DNA from: a virus | IMG/VR virus record: IMGVR_UViG_3300047089_000152 | Coordinates: 32,001-96,000 of that record | Length of the DNA stretch: 64,000 bases | Strand: one strand, 5' to 3' | In this document: in pieces, positions 9,879-18,797 of the stretch | Layout of the letters: the number at the start of each line of letters is the position of its first letter | Position numbering within the stretch: the stretch's first letter is position 1 | Made by a program: the position numbers and the translations under genes | Notes under the pieces: model-generated | Seen by the model: only the letters and a program-made list of their open reading frames with translations | Database searches by the model: none | What the model was told of the DNA's origin: nothing

Positions 9879-10706
9879 ATGGCCACCTACAAGACGCTGC
9901 GCAGTGACGACCCGAAAGTCCAGCAAGCCCGGCAACGCGCCGGGAAAATCGTCGGGGCGATGAACGACCTCGCCGCCCTCGTCCAACAGTCGTGGGACGC
10001 GAAAGACTGGCGCGTCCTCGGCTATGACTCCTGGCAGAGTTACACGGTCGGGGAGTTCGGCCACGGCGACACCGCCATCAAAGCCCGGCAGGTCATCGTG
10101 TCCATGCTCCGAGGAACCGGACTGTCCCAACGCGCCATCGCCGCGGAGACCGGCGCGTCCGTCGCGACCGTCAACAACGACATTGCCGACCTGTCAACCG
10201 CACCCCCGGAGGGTGACCCTACGACGATCGACCGGCGACCCCGGCCGACTGTTCAGGAACCTGAACAGTCACTCAGAGTAACCGGGCTGGACGGTAGGAC
10301 ACAACCCGCCAGCAGAGGAGGCATGACAGGAGACCAGCGCAGAGAACGGGACCGGCTACTGCGGGCGCAAAGACGGCAAAGAGAAGCGGCCCTCCGCGAA
10401 ACCCACGCCGCCGACGCCGCCCGGCCGGTACCTGACATGATCCACGGTCACCCCGTGACCGTCACCTGCCCGATGTGCGTAGAACTGGCACGCCCAGCCC
10501 GCGAAGCACCCGTTGAACCACTAGCTGGACATTCCGTCGAAACCCGGCTTCGGCTGCTGTTCGCCGGGTTCCTCGACGGTCTCACCCCCGACCAGCTCAC
10601 CGCCCTGCACGACCACTGGGACGAGATCATGAACGAAACCGTCACAGACCGGATCACTAGCTGGGCCGCCGTCGGCCGTACCGTCGCGCAGGAAAGGGCA
10701 AGCTGA
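9879..10706 (+). CDS. HTH DNA-binding protein
   Basis: W..LGYDSW..Y...EFG and GLSQRAIAAETGASVATVNND. Confidence 0.7.
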   Translation: MATYKTLRSDDPKVQQARQRAGKIVGAMNDLAALVQQSWDAKDWRVLGYDSWQSYTVGEFGHGDTAIKARQVIVSMLRGTGLSQRAIAAETGASVATVNNDIADLSTAPPEGDPTTIDRRPRPTVQEPEQSLRVTGLDGRTQPASRGGMTGDQRRERDRLLRAQRRQREAALRETHAADAARPVPDMIHGHPVTVTCPMCVELARPAREAPVEPLAGHSVETRLRLLFAGFLDGLTPDQLTALHDHWDEIMNETVTDRITSWAAVGRTVAQERAS

Positions 10707-11125
10707 TGAACGGTCAGACTGTCCCCCGGCCCCGGCCGTGCGCGTCGTGTCCGTACCGTAGAGACGTGCCGTCCGGTGTGTGGGCCGCGGAAGAATATGA
10801 CAAGCTACCCCGCTACGACGGGGACACGGGTGAGCAGGCGATGGCCGGGGCGTTCGGCGTGTTCATGTGTCACCAGGCTGACGGGCACCTGTGTTCAGGT
10901 TGGGTAGCCGCCCACGACATGCAGCACAACCTGGCGATACGCATGGCCCGCGACGTGGACATGCCAGCGGTCCTGTCGTACACCACGGACGTGTCGGTGT
11001 TTGGTTCCGGTGCGGAAGCCGCGGCGCACGGCAAGGCCGACATCGAGACCCCGGGGCCGGAAGCTATGCGGACCGTGGAGAAGATCACCGTGGTACGCGG
11101 TAGGCGCGGGAAAGGGAAAGGATGA
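10706..11125 (+). CDS. DUF6283-like protein
   Basis: PCASCPYRRDVPSGVWA.EEY.KL..YD...F.CHQ....CSGW. Confidence 0.7.
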   Translation: MNGQTVPRPRPCASCPYRRDVPSGVWAAEEYDKLPRYDGDTGEQAMAGAFGVFMCHQADGHLCSGWVAAHDMQHNLAIRMARDVDMPAVLSYTTDVSVFGSGAEAAAHGKADIETPGPEAMRTVEKITVVRGRRGKGKG

Positions 11126-11319
11126 GGCGGCCTAGGACGGAGCTGGAAGCGTACCGGTGTCCTGATTGCGGGTACACGGCGTTGATACAGCGGCTGGCTA
11201 GCCGGAGGAAGCTGACGGGGCATTTGAAGTGGTTGTGGTGTGTGCGGTGTGAGGTGCCCACGAATCATGTACTGGTCCCCTAGCCTGGACGGTTGTGGTA
11301 CGCTGTGGGTACAGCAAAC

Positions 11320-11453
11320 GGACCGGAAGGGAAAGGCTGGGCGCGGCAGGCATCGCAGCGGCCGGGATAGCAGCGGATCGGAGCGGCAGGACAGGATTGG
11401 CAGGGCACGGCTGGGCTAGGTGTGGCTGGGCTGGGAACGGAATGGATTGGACA
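11320..11453 (+). ncRNA. satellite guide array S2 (13 pentamers, GGCA, 13 pentamers)
   Basis: 5-nt periodic GG(C/A)NN; TGG-TACGCT -10 at 11296-11304. Confidence 0.75.
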
Positions 11454-11520
11454 CTAGCCGCACCGCATGCTACAGTAGAGGTATAGTCAACGGACGAGGG
11501 CATGAAAGGAACAACGCACC

Positions 11521-12186
11521 ATGCCACCACGCAAGACCACCACAGGCGGACCAGTCCAGCTCACCAGGCTGGCAGAAGAAGTCGCCCAAATCCACATCGC
11601 CGGGGCTACGCCACTTATTATTCATAAATGGTCGGAAAAGGCGCTCAACCAGATGCGGATCGCCCAGTCCGGGGCAATTAAGCCGCCCCGCGAACCCAAG
11701 AACGCCGAAGAAAACGCCCACGCGGCAACATACTGGGTCGACGTCGCCGAGACGATCCCCGGCATCCCCAGCGTCTCATTCAAGGCCGCCATGGTCGGAG
11801 CCTGCCGGTTCTTCGACGGCCTCCCCATGACGACAGCAAAATTGCTGTTCTTCGTCGACGGGGTCGTCAGCGAAGCCAAGGGCGACGCGCCAGCACGCGA
11901 CCTGCTCGTCCCGATTATCTCCGGCCCTGGGGAAATGCGGGAAGACACCCCGCGCAACGACAACGGAAACCCGGACCTCCGGTACAGGAATCAGTTCTTC
12001 CCGTGGAAAGCCGTACTCAACGTGCGGTTCATGCCCGCGAAGATCGCCCCCGAATCCGTCATCGCGCTAGCTGACGCCGCCGGTCGTGGCGGTGTCGGAG
12101 AATGGCGTCCATCCGCACCGAAAAGCGCGACTGGCACATACGGCCAGTTTCGTGTCATCACCCGGAAGGAATGGGAGTCGGCCTAA
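11521..12186 (+). CDS. stand-alone Cas7/RAMP-like RNA-binding protein (Vipr-like effector)
   Basis: I.G.TPLIIH start, PGIPSVSFKAAM..AC, C-terminal Gly-rich loop GRGGVGEWRP...GTYGQFRV; flanked by guide arrays. Confidence 0.8.
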   Translation: MPPRKTTTGGPVQLTRLAEEVAQIHIAGATPLIIHKWSEKALNQMRIAQSGAIKPPREPKNAEENAHAATYWVDVAETIPGIPSVSFKAAMVGACRFFDGLPMTTAKLLFFVDGVVSEAKGDAPARDLLVPIISGPGEMREDTPRNDNGNPDLRYRNQFFPWKAVLNVRFMPAKIAPESVIALADAAGRGGVGEWRPSAPKSATGTYGQFRVITRKEWESA

Positions 12187-12187
12187 A

Positions 12188-12745
12188 ATGGCGACCATCA
12201 CCGTCGAACAGCAGTGGGCGTTCAAATCGGGTGCGCGTGTCCCGGGTGGCGTCCACGCCGAGGATGTGGTGCGTGAGAAGGAACAGATGGAAGACCACCT
12301 GGGCCGCCTCGCCACCACGGAGGAAGCCGCGGAAATGGTCCTCCGCTGGCCTACCAAGTACAAGGCGCACCGGGCGTTCGCACCGGCAACCGAGAAAGAA
12401 GCACTCCACGAAGCAGTGGTACGCGGTGTTCGGAGCGCCTGGAGTTCCGTGATTCAGGTCGACGTCGAAATCACCGAGGTCACCAACCGGATTTCCGGTG
12501 ATATCGAGATCGCAACCAGGCGTGTCGACGCACCCGAAGTGAGATGGTTTCACGCCGTGCCAGCACGCGTCGGCGACACGCAACGAGTTTATGACTCGTT
12601 GCCGAATATCGCAGCCGATGCTGACAAGGAAGCGGCGCTGTCCGAAGATCTCGCCACGCAAGCACGCAACTTCTCCGCAAAAGTAGCCAGCGTCACTGGC
12701 GAGCTGGCGCGGTTGCACAAGTTGCGCAGCACCGCCGGAAATTAG
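12188..12745 (+). CDS. accessory protein of the RAMP/array locus, function unknown
   Basis: starts 2 nt after the RAMP stop, ends immediately before the array leader hairpin. Confidence 0.7.
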   Translation: MATITVEQQWAFKSGARVPGGVHAEDVVREKEQMEDHLGRLATTEEAAEMVLRWPTKYKAHRAFAPATEKEALHEAVVRGVRSAWSSVIQVDVEITEVTNRISGDIEIATRRVDAPEVRWFHAVPARVGDTQRVYDSLPNIAADADKEAALSEDLATQARNFSAKVASVTGELARLHKLRSTAGN

Positions 12746-12790
12746 ACCACCAGGTTCCGGCCGGGGAAACTCGGCCGGAACCTGGTCGGT
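12746..12790 (+). other. array leader hairpin with GAAA tetraloop
   Basis: ACCAGGTTCCGGCCG-GG-GAAA-CT-CGGCCGGAACCTGGT: 15 perfect pairs plus G.U and G-C. Confidence 0.85.
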
Positions 12791-12794
12791 AAGG

Positions 12795-14073
12795 GGAGTG
12801 GAGGGGCAGGGACTGTCGTGGCAAGGAACGGCAGGGCACGGAGTGGATTGGCAGGATAGGCTCGGCGCGGCCAGGCGGGGAGCGTTTCGGAGTGGCATGG
12901 ATTGGCTGGGACTGGCAGTATCGGATCGCAGTGGTCAGGGTAGGCAAGGCCCGGCCAGGCGGGGCTCGGTATGGCCTGCACTGGCGGGGAACGCAATGGA
13001 GTGGCAGGACCGGTGTGGAATGGCTGGGACGGGAACGGCGCGGTAGGGAATGGAGTGGCAGGAACGGTGGGGCCGGGCGCGGCGCGGCTAGGCTCGGCGC
13101 GGACGGGCATGGATTGGCTGGGCAGGACAGGATCGGAGAGCAGGGGGCTGGCGCGGCATGGCACGGAGAGGCAGGAGAGGAACGGTCGGGACAGGAGCGG
13201 CAAGGAGCGCACCGGCAGGCAGCGGCAGGGAATGGCATGGAACGGACTGGATTGGCAGGACAGGACCGGCATGGCCAGGAGGGGCATGTCCTGGAATGGA
13301 ATGGCAGGAATGGCTGGGTACGGCGGGGCCGGGCGAGCATTGGACAGGACCGGCAGTCGCGGAAGGGCTCGGCAGGGACCGGATTGCAGCGGCGAGGATG
13401 GGCTAGGCAGGAGCGGAACGGCAGGGCATGGCCTGGATCGGAGCGGCTGGGCAGGATAGGCATGGATCGGCCTGGGTAGGCAAGGAGGGGCTGGGACGGG
13501 ACCGGATTGGCAGGGCAGCAGTGGAGAGGCAAGCCGTGCAATGGCGGGGCGGGGCGTGGCATGGACTGGACCGGCAGGACTGGACTGGACTGGATTGGAG
13601 AGCAGGGCAGTGGCAGGGATCGTAGGGGTTCGGACGGGCAGGTTAGGCTTGGACGGGCTAGGCGTGGCATGGGCCGGCAAGGAACGGCTCGGAGCGGCAG
13701 GGATTGGCACGGCTCGGAGTGGCAGGACCGGACGGGTACGACGTGGCGTGGCTGGCATTGGCAAGGACTGGCAGGAGTGGATTGGCAGGGCCGGGCTTGG
13801 CATGGCGTGGCTGGGAATGGCGTGGCAGGACAGGTGGGGCTTGGCGGGCCGGGGATCGGCACGGATGGGCATGGCATGGCCCGGTAGGGCATGGCAGCAT
13901 TGGACTGGACCGGACCGGCAAGGCTTGGCTTGGCTGGGATCGGATGGGAACGGCAGGAGCGGAGCGGACTGTCGTGGCATGGCATGGCCTGGCGTGGCGC
14001 GGATCGGACGGGCAGGATAGGTCGGGCGTGGAATGGAACGGACGGGCTGGGCATGGAACGGCAGGATAGGAGT
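12795..14073 (+). ncRNA. main guide array: 237 GG(C/A)-NN pentamers in 21 GGCA-delimited segments
   Basis: 237x5 + 21x4 = 1269 nt accounts exactly for 12795-14063, then GGATA GGAGT; segments of 8-17 pentamers. Confidence 0.85.
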
Positions 14074-14279
14074 GACCCGCAGGGCTACTGTCGGGGTGGG
14101 CCGCGTGCCCCGGCAGAAGTTCGGCGGTGGATGATCTTGTGCTCGTGCGGCCATCCTGCGGTCGAGCATGACCTGAACCGTTCGGAGACTAAGCGAACAG
14201 TTTGCCTGACCACCGAACGGACTACGAAATGTCCGTGCGTGCTATATTCACCAGACCTTCGTGATACACTAGAGGTACA

Positions 14280-15149
14280 ATGAACGAGACCATAGAACGA
14301 GAAGACCGCAGGGCCGTCACCGCGCTCACCTCCGGGGAAAACGCCACGAAGGTCACCGTCAAAACAAGCGACGGCAACTACGAAGAACGACAGCTAACCG
14401 TCCACGGGCTCGCACGGCTGATTCCCGTGATCGCACTGGGCGACATGGACCGGCTGATAGACGACGTGCGCGAACACGGCGTCCTCGAACCCCTGATCAT
14501 GTTCCAGGGACAAGTCCTTGACGGACGCAACCGGCTCGCCGTAGCTTCGGTCGTCGGCGTACCCGTGCAGCTCACCGAATTCGACGGAGACGAAGCCGCA
14601 GCCAGAAACTTCGTCTGGTCCGCGAACGCTGCGAGGCGGCACCTGTCCGTCCCCCAGATCGCGCTGGCCGCTGAACGGTTCGGTTTCGTCGACGCCGCCA
14701 AAGCCGAAGCAGGCCCCGACGACCCCAACCTGGATATCCGCTCGACGGTCGCACCATGGGCGCGAATCGCCGCGCGAAAGGTCGGTGCGATCACCCCGGC
14801 TACACTGGAACGGTTCCAGCAAGCCAGGATCCCCGAGGCACCCGACACGATGCGCCGGGTCGATTCCGGTGAGATCCGCCGGGTCGACGTCGCGGTCAAG
14901 GAAGCGGTCGCGGAGCGGACCGTGCTCACCGGCCGTCTCATCCAGGTTCCACCCCCGGTTGCGCGTACCGCGTGGGACCGGCTGGGCTGCGCGCGGGGTG
15001 ACGTTCTCGCCGCGGAACGCGCCATCCTGGCAGGGGACTGGGGTGGGATGGAAAGGGACCAGTTCGCTGTCCGCGCCCGTGAAATCCAGGGAGCCCTGAT
15101 CAGGATTCAGAATTTGTATCGTTATGGATCGGGCGGCAGGACCGGTTAG
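14280..15149 (+). CDS. ParB N-terminal domain protein
   Basis: L..DVREHGVLEPL...GQVLDGRNRL...SANAARRHLS. Confidence 0.8.
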   Translation: MNETIEREDRRAVTALTSGENATKVTVKTSDGNYEERQLTVHGLARLIPVIALGDMDRLIDDVREHGVLEPLIMFQGQVLDGRNRLAVASVVGVPVQLTEFDGDEAAARNFVWSANAARRHLSVPQIALAAERFGFVDAAKAEAGPDDPNLDIRSTVAPWARIAARKVGAITPATLERFQQARIPEAPDTMRRVDSGEIRRVDVAVKEAVAERTVLTGRLIQVPPPVARTAWDRLGCARGDVLAAERAILAGDWGGMERDQFAVRAREIQGALIRIQNLYRYGSGGRTG

Positions 15150-15207
15150 GACGGGCTAGGAATGGCTGGGCTGGGCATGGACTGGAATGGCAGGAATGGA
15201 ATGGCTA
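15135..15207 (+). ncRNA. satellite guide array S3
   Basis: GGCA + 10 pentamers (15139-15188) + GGCA + 3 pentamers; overlaps the ParB stop and the next ATG. Confidence 0.8.
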
Positions 15208-15473
15208 AGCCGGATTTCGCCCACGGCGTGCAAGGCTACAACTGGCACAAGTGCCGGTGCGAACAGTGCCGGGCGGCTAACTCCGCCCGGTCCCGTACCT
15301 CCCGCGCTGCCCGCAAAGCACGCACCGCGGCGGGTGACCCCGCCGTCCCGCACGGGACCAGGGGCGGGTACACCAACTGGGCGTGCCGGTGCCTGCCATG
15401 CTCCCAGGCCAACAGCGAGGCGTGCCTGGAATACCGGAACGCCCACAGTAACCGTCAGGACATCGTGACCTGA
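15201..15473 (+). CDS. small Zn-binding protein
   Basis: two HG..GY...CRC..C..AN repeats. Confidence 0.7.
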   Translation: MAKPDFAHGVQGYNWHKCRCEQCRAANSARSRTSRAARKARTAAGDPAVPHGTRGGYTNWACRCLPCSQANSEACLEYRNAHSNRQDIVT

Positions 15474-15549
15474 CACCGTGGCCAGCCCCGTACCACTGGT
15501 GTAGTGTGACCGGGGTACGTTCAATGCTGGCGGAAACAGAAGGGCATAC

Positions 15550-16194
15550 ATGTTTACTTCTCTACGGCGCGGCCTCCTGGTCGCTGCTGCTACCGCTGTC
15601 GCGCTGGGTGGTTACGCCCTGAGTGCCAGCGCTGCTACACCTGGCTGTACCGCAGTGGCGGGGAACGCCTGCGGGTCCTGGAACACTGAGGTGCCGGGAC
15701 TGCCCGACCTCGACGTGCAAGGCGGCGCAGCGGTCAGCGGCAACAGCCTGATCGTCTTCACCCGCAGCAACCATGACAAGGCCGAGGATTTCATGGTCCA
15801 GATCGTCGCACCGGGAGCGACCTCTAAGTACACGGTTGGCGGCTTCACGGCCGGGGTCACCACTCCTCCCGCTGGCAGCGTGGCTATCCGCTACGCGCCC
15901 AATGGCGTGGACTCCGGGCTTTGCGTCTCGACGGTCAACCCGAACGGGCACGCTGCCGCGCAGCTTCGCGTGTGCAGCAATAACACCACCCAGTTCAACC
16001 CGTTCCAGACTTTCACCTCGCCTGTGGCGTCTGGTGACTTCACGGCGGTTCAGTTCACCGAGGTGATCCACGGCTACGTGATGACCGACCCCGCCAACAA
16101 CGGCTCGATTGGCGTCAAGGGCGCTCGCGTCCAGGTGATCTTCGCCAACAACCTTCATCACACCGGCCAGTTCTGGGGACAGAACGGCGCATGA
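15550..16194 (+). CDS. secreted protein
   Basis: signal peptide ending SASA; Cys pairs, beta-trefoil-like. Confidence 0.6.
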   Translation: MFTSLRRGLLVAAATAVALGGYALSASAATPGCTAVAGNACGSWNTEVPGLPDLDVQGGAAVSGNSLIVFTRSNHDKAEDFMVQIVAPGATSKYTVGGFTAGVTTPPAGSVAIRYAPNGVDSGLCVSTVNPNGHAAAQLRVCSNNTTQFNPFQTFTSPVASGDFTAVQFTEVIHGYVMTDPANNGSIGVKGARVQVIFANNLHHTGQFWGQNGA

Positions 16195-16320
16195 CGAAAC
16201 GGCAGGCGGCAGCCGGCGTGGCCTACGTGCTCTGCGCGTTCCTCGCCATCGCCGGCTTCTGCCTGCTCATCGCCGCGCTGATCATCGCCATGCCCGGCAT
16301 CGACTAGGAAAGGTTCACGC

Positions 16321-16935
16321 ATGAGATTCAGGAAACGTATTCTGGTAACCGCGGCGGCCCTGGTAGCGTTCGCCGGCCTGGCGCTGTCCAGCCCAGCTGC
16401 CCACGCCTCGACACCGTCGATCTGCGGGAACGGCGGCACCGGGTACTGCCTCAACGCCTGGGGTGGCGGCGGCACCGACCTGCCAGTCAAGATGTACAAC
16501 GGCGGGGTAGCCAACGACGCCTACAACTTCCAGCAGATCGTGTTCATGTGCCACGACGGGCACGTCCACGCAGCCGCCCCGTACGGCCCGTGCCCGTTCA
16601 ACAACAGCAGCCTGGACTCGCAGATGAACGGCGCGGTGATCTTCGAGATCGCCTCTGGCAGGGACGGCCTGTGCGTCGGTTCAACGTCCTCAACTGTCGG
16701 CTCGACGGAGGAAGCCTGCCCCGATAGTTTCGGTAACTTCGGCGGCTGGGGCACGATCTACGCGCAGGCGGGTAACTCCAGCTGTCAGAGCCCGAAGTTC
16801 TTCGCGGAAAGCCGGTACTGGTCAGACGCCTACGGCGGGCTGTCCAGCCTCGCGTCCGGAGGGAACGTAGGCAAGCAGGCGTTCACCTCCCCGAACACCT
16901 CGGGGGCGACCTGCTGGGGATGGGTCAACACCTAG
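16321..16935 (+). CDS. secreted Cys-rich protein
   Basis: signal peptide ending AHA; many Cys. Confidence 0.6.
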   Translation: MRFRKRILVTAAALVAFAGLALSSPAAHASTPSICGNGGTGYCLNAWGGGGTDLPVKMYNGGVANDAYNFQQIVFMCHDGHVHAAAPYGPCPFNNSSLDSQMNGAVIFEIASGRDGLCVGSTSSTVGSTEEACPDSFGNFGGWGTIYAQAGNSSCQSPKFFAESRYWSDAYGGLSSLASGGNVGKQAFTSPNTSGATCWGWVNT

Positions 16936-16948
16936 CCCACGACACAAC

Positions 16949-16982
16949 GAAGCCCCGCCGGTGGGAACACCGGCGGGGCTTC
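16949..16982. terminator. hairpin terminator between convergent units
   Basis: GAAGCCCCGCCGGTG-GGAA-CACCGGCGGGGCTTC. Confidence 0.8.
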
Positions 16983-17016
16983 ACTGTGTCAGAGGTCGCG
17001 CTGTACAGGGTTCACC

Positions 17017-17490
17017 CTACCAGACGCGGAAGAACATGGTGGGCCCTCCACCCCACCAGCCTATCCACCCGATCTGCTGCCCGGTGGAGTGCGCACCGAA
17101 AGTCTGATGCCACCACGCGGTCACCAGCTCCACGTGACCCGACCCGTAGAACGCCAAATCTCCACGCTGCGGGGCATACACGCGGTGCAGGTGCCCGGAC
17201 GCCAGCATCGAATACGTCGAATGCGGCAGGGAGATCCCCGCGTGGGCGAACGCGACCATCACCAGGCCGGAACAGTCGTAAGACGGCCCGGTGCCACCCC
17301 ACGCATACCAGTGGCCGTAAGCGTTGGCCGTGGCCCAGTTCAACGCCACGTTCCCCGCATGCGAACCGCCCAGCACCATCGCATGCGACGTGGCCGCGTG
17401 GGCTGGCGGGGCCAGTGCCGGGGTGGCGAACAGCAGCCCACCCAGTATCGCCGCGACAGCCAGCAGCCGGCGCGTCACTTGCACACCCAC
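17017..17490 (-). CDS. NlpC/P60 peptidoglycan endopeptidase
   Basis: Y.WGGTGPSYDCSGLV..AF...GISLP...GDLAFY...HV. Confidence 0.9.
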   Translation of the reverse strand: MGVQVTRRLLAVAAILGGLLFATPALAPPAHAATSHAMVLGGSHAGNVALNWATANAYGHWYAWGGTGPSYDCSGLVMVAFAHAGISLPHSTYSMLASGHLHRVYAPQRGDLAFYGSGHVELVTAWWHQTFGAHSTGQQIGWIGWWGGGPTMFFRVW

Positions 17491-18296
17491 TGGGCGAAGG
17501 TGTCACCGGACGCCTTGAACTTCGCGACGGCGTTGAGGGCGTTGACGTACGGGTTGTAGAGGTTGCCCGGCACCACCTGGCCCAAAATTTGCCAAAGCGA
17601 GGTCGCCCCGGAGGGGTTGTATGCGTAGACGTTCCCGCCTGATTCGCATTCGGCGATCTCCGCGGCGTGCGCCGCCGCCCATGCGGGGCCGCCAGCGCTG
17701 ATCCACAGGGCTTCCAGCCCCGCGTAGGAGTAGTGCAGCGAACCGGTCACCGCGGACCGGCGGACACTGGACTGTCGGGCTACCGCGTGGGCAGCGGCGT
17801 GGCACGGCACGTCCCAGCCGTCCCTGTCGTTGTCACCGCACTCGTTGGGGTAGCCGTACGTGATACCCCACACCTTCCCGTTGCGGGTCACAGCGTGCCG
17901 TACAGCGGCATGCGGGGCATGGTAGGTGGACCCGAGGTGGAGCAGCTTCGGGGGGTCGGTGCACCGGGTCAGGTTCAGGACCTGGCCGGGGAAGATCAGG
18001 TTCGGGTTGCGCCCGATGGTCTTCTCGTTCTGGTGGTAGAACCCGGTCCAGTCGTTCGCGACCCCATGGCAGTACTGTACGGCCAGGCCAGCGAGGGTGT
18101 CCCCCGCCCGGACGGTGTGCTGTACGGGGAGTCCCGCGTGGACGGGCAGCGCAGCGACTGCCAGCCGCAAGCCGACAGTGTCCGGTGCAGGTCGCACAGC
18201 TACCGCCGCGGGCGACGCATACGCGGCCGGGATCAGGGTAAACGTGCTAACAGTGGTGAAAGCGAGGGCGAGTGCACCCGCCAGCATACGTTTCAT
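17475..18296 (-). CDS. LysM + lytic transglycosylase-like protein
   Basis: HTVRAGDTL...NPNLIFPGQVL; IAECESGGN..AYNPSGATSLWQI. Confidence 0.85.
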   Translation of the reverse strand: MKRMLAGALALAFTTVSTFTLIPAAYASPAAVAVRPAPDTVGLRLAVAALPVHAGLPVQHTVRAGDTLAGLAVQYCHGVANDWTGFYHQNEKTIGRNPNLIFPGQVLNLTRCTDPPKLLHLGSTYHAPHAAVRHAVTRNGKVWGITYGYPNECGDNDRDGWDVPCHAAAHAVARQSSVRRSAVTGSLHYSYAGLEALWISAGGPAWAAAHAAEIAECESGGNVYAYNPSGATSLWQILGQVVPGNLYNPYVNALNAVAKFKASGDTFAQWVCK

Positions 18297-18458
18297 CGGT
18301 GAGGTTTTCCTTTCGGGAAAGGTACCTCGCTGAAACGTAGACCAGCGCTCCCCTCGCTGTCACCGTTTCGTGATGAGTCTTCCTGATTCACCCGATAGTC
18401 CACGATTCACGCAGGTCAGCCGTCTGGGTGAATCGCCGCGGTTCGGTTACAAGACGAG

Positions 18459-18493
18459 AAAATACCCCGCAGCGCAACGCTGCGGGGTATTTT
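18459..18493. terminator. bidirectional intrinsic terminator
   Basis: AAAATACCCCGCAGCG-CAA-CGCTGCGGGGTATTTT. Confidence 0.85.
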
Positions 18494-18526
18494 CAGGGAG
18501 CCCAGGGGCAGCCCTTTTTTCGAGTA

Positions 18527-18790
18527 CTAACGCAACCCGCTGAGTGGTCCGCCGGTCACCCCTGTCACGTCCGGGGTGTTGACACGAGGTCTCAGTCCCG
18601 GACGGGAAGTGTGCGGGGCCATGTATGCGGCCACGGTGTGACCGATCCAGGCGAGCGCGAACGGAAGCACGTCCAGGACCGGCTGCGGGACCCCGTTATG
18701 GAACGCCGGGATGTACGATACAAGCGCCCACACGACCAGCCCCGTCACGCCCCCTGCAACAGCCCCCGCCTTGACCTTGGTCTCTACCAT
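18527..18790 (-). CDS. holin-like membrane protein
   Basis: VETKVKA...two TM segments...AYMAPHT.RP. Confidence 0.7.
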   Translation of the reverse strand: MVETKVKAGAVAGGVTGLVVWALVSYIPAFHNGVPQPVLDVLPFALAWIGHTVAAYMAPHTSRPGLRPRVNTPDVTGVTGGPLSGLR

Positions 18791-18797
18791 GGGCGCA

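Noticed and set aside
13061-13720. Self matches for segments 5 (Cas4-like IKQDYA), 12 (epimerase LQGTQTFYSE) and 15 (VTLANVFG in 37379-37897)
   Set aside because: Only 4-6 dinucleotides match, which is expected by chance across 64 kb
12795-14073. CRISPR array or simple microsatellite
   Set aside because: No 25-45 nt direct repeats with spacers; the NN pairs are diverse and, in the satellites, informative, unlike slippage repeats
12693-14283. Long ORFs in several frames over the array (453 aa, 475 aa, etc.)
   Set aside because: By-products of a stop-poor 5-nt repeat; a period of 5 with 4-nt breaks is not codon-compatible
18297-18458. c-di-AMP riboswitch upstream of the LysM/NlpC genes
   Set aside because: GGGTGAATC is present but the conserved CCCGTCAGCTAAC 3' element is absent
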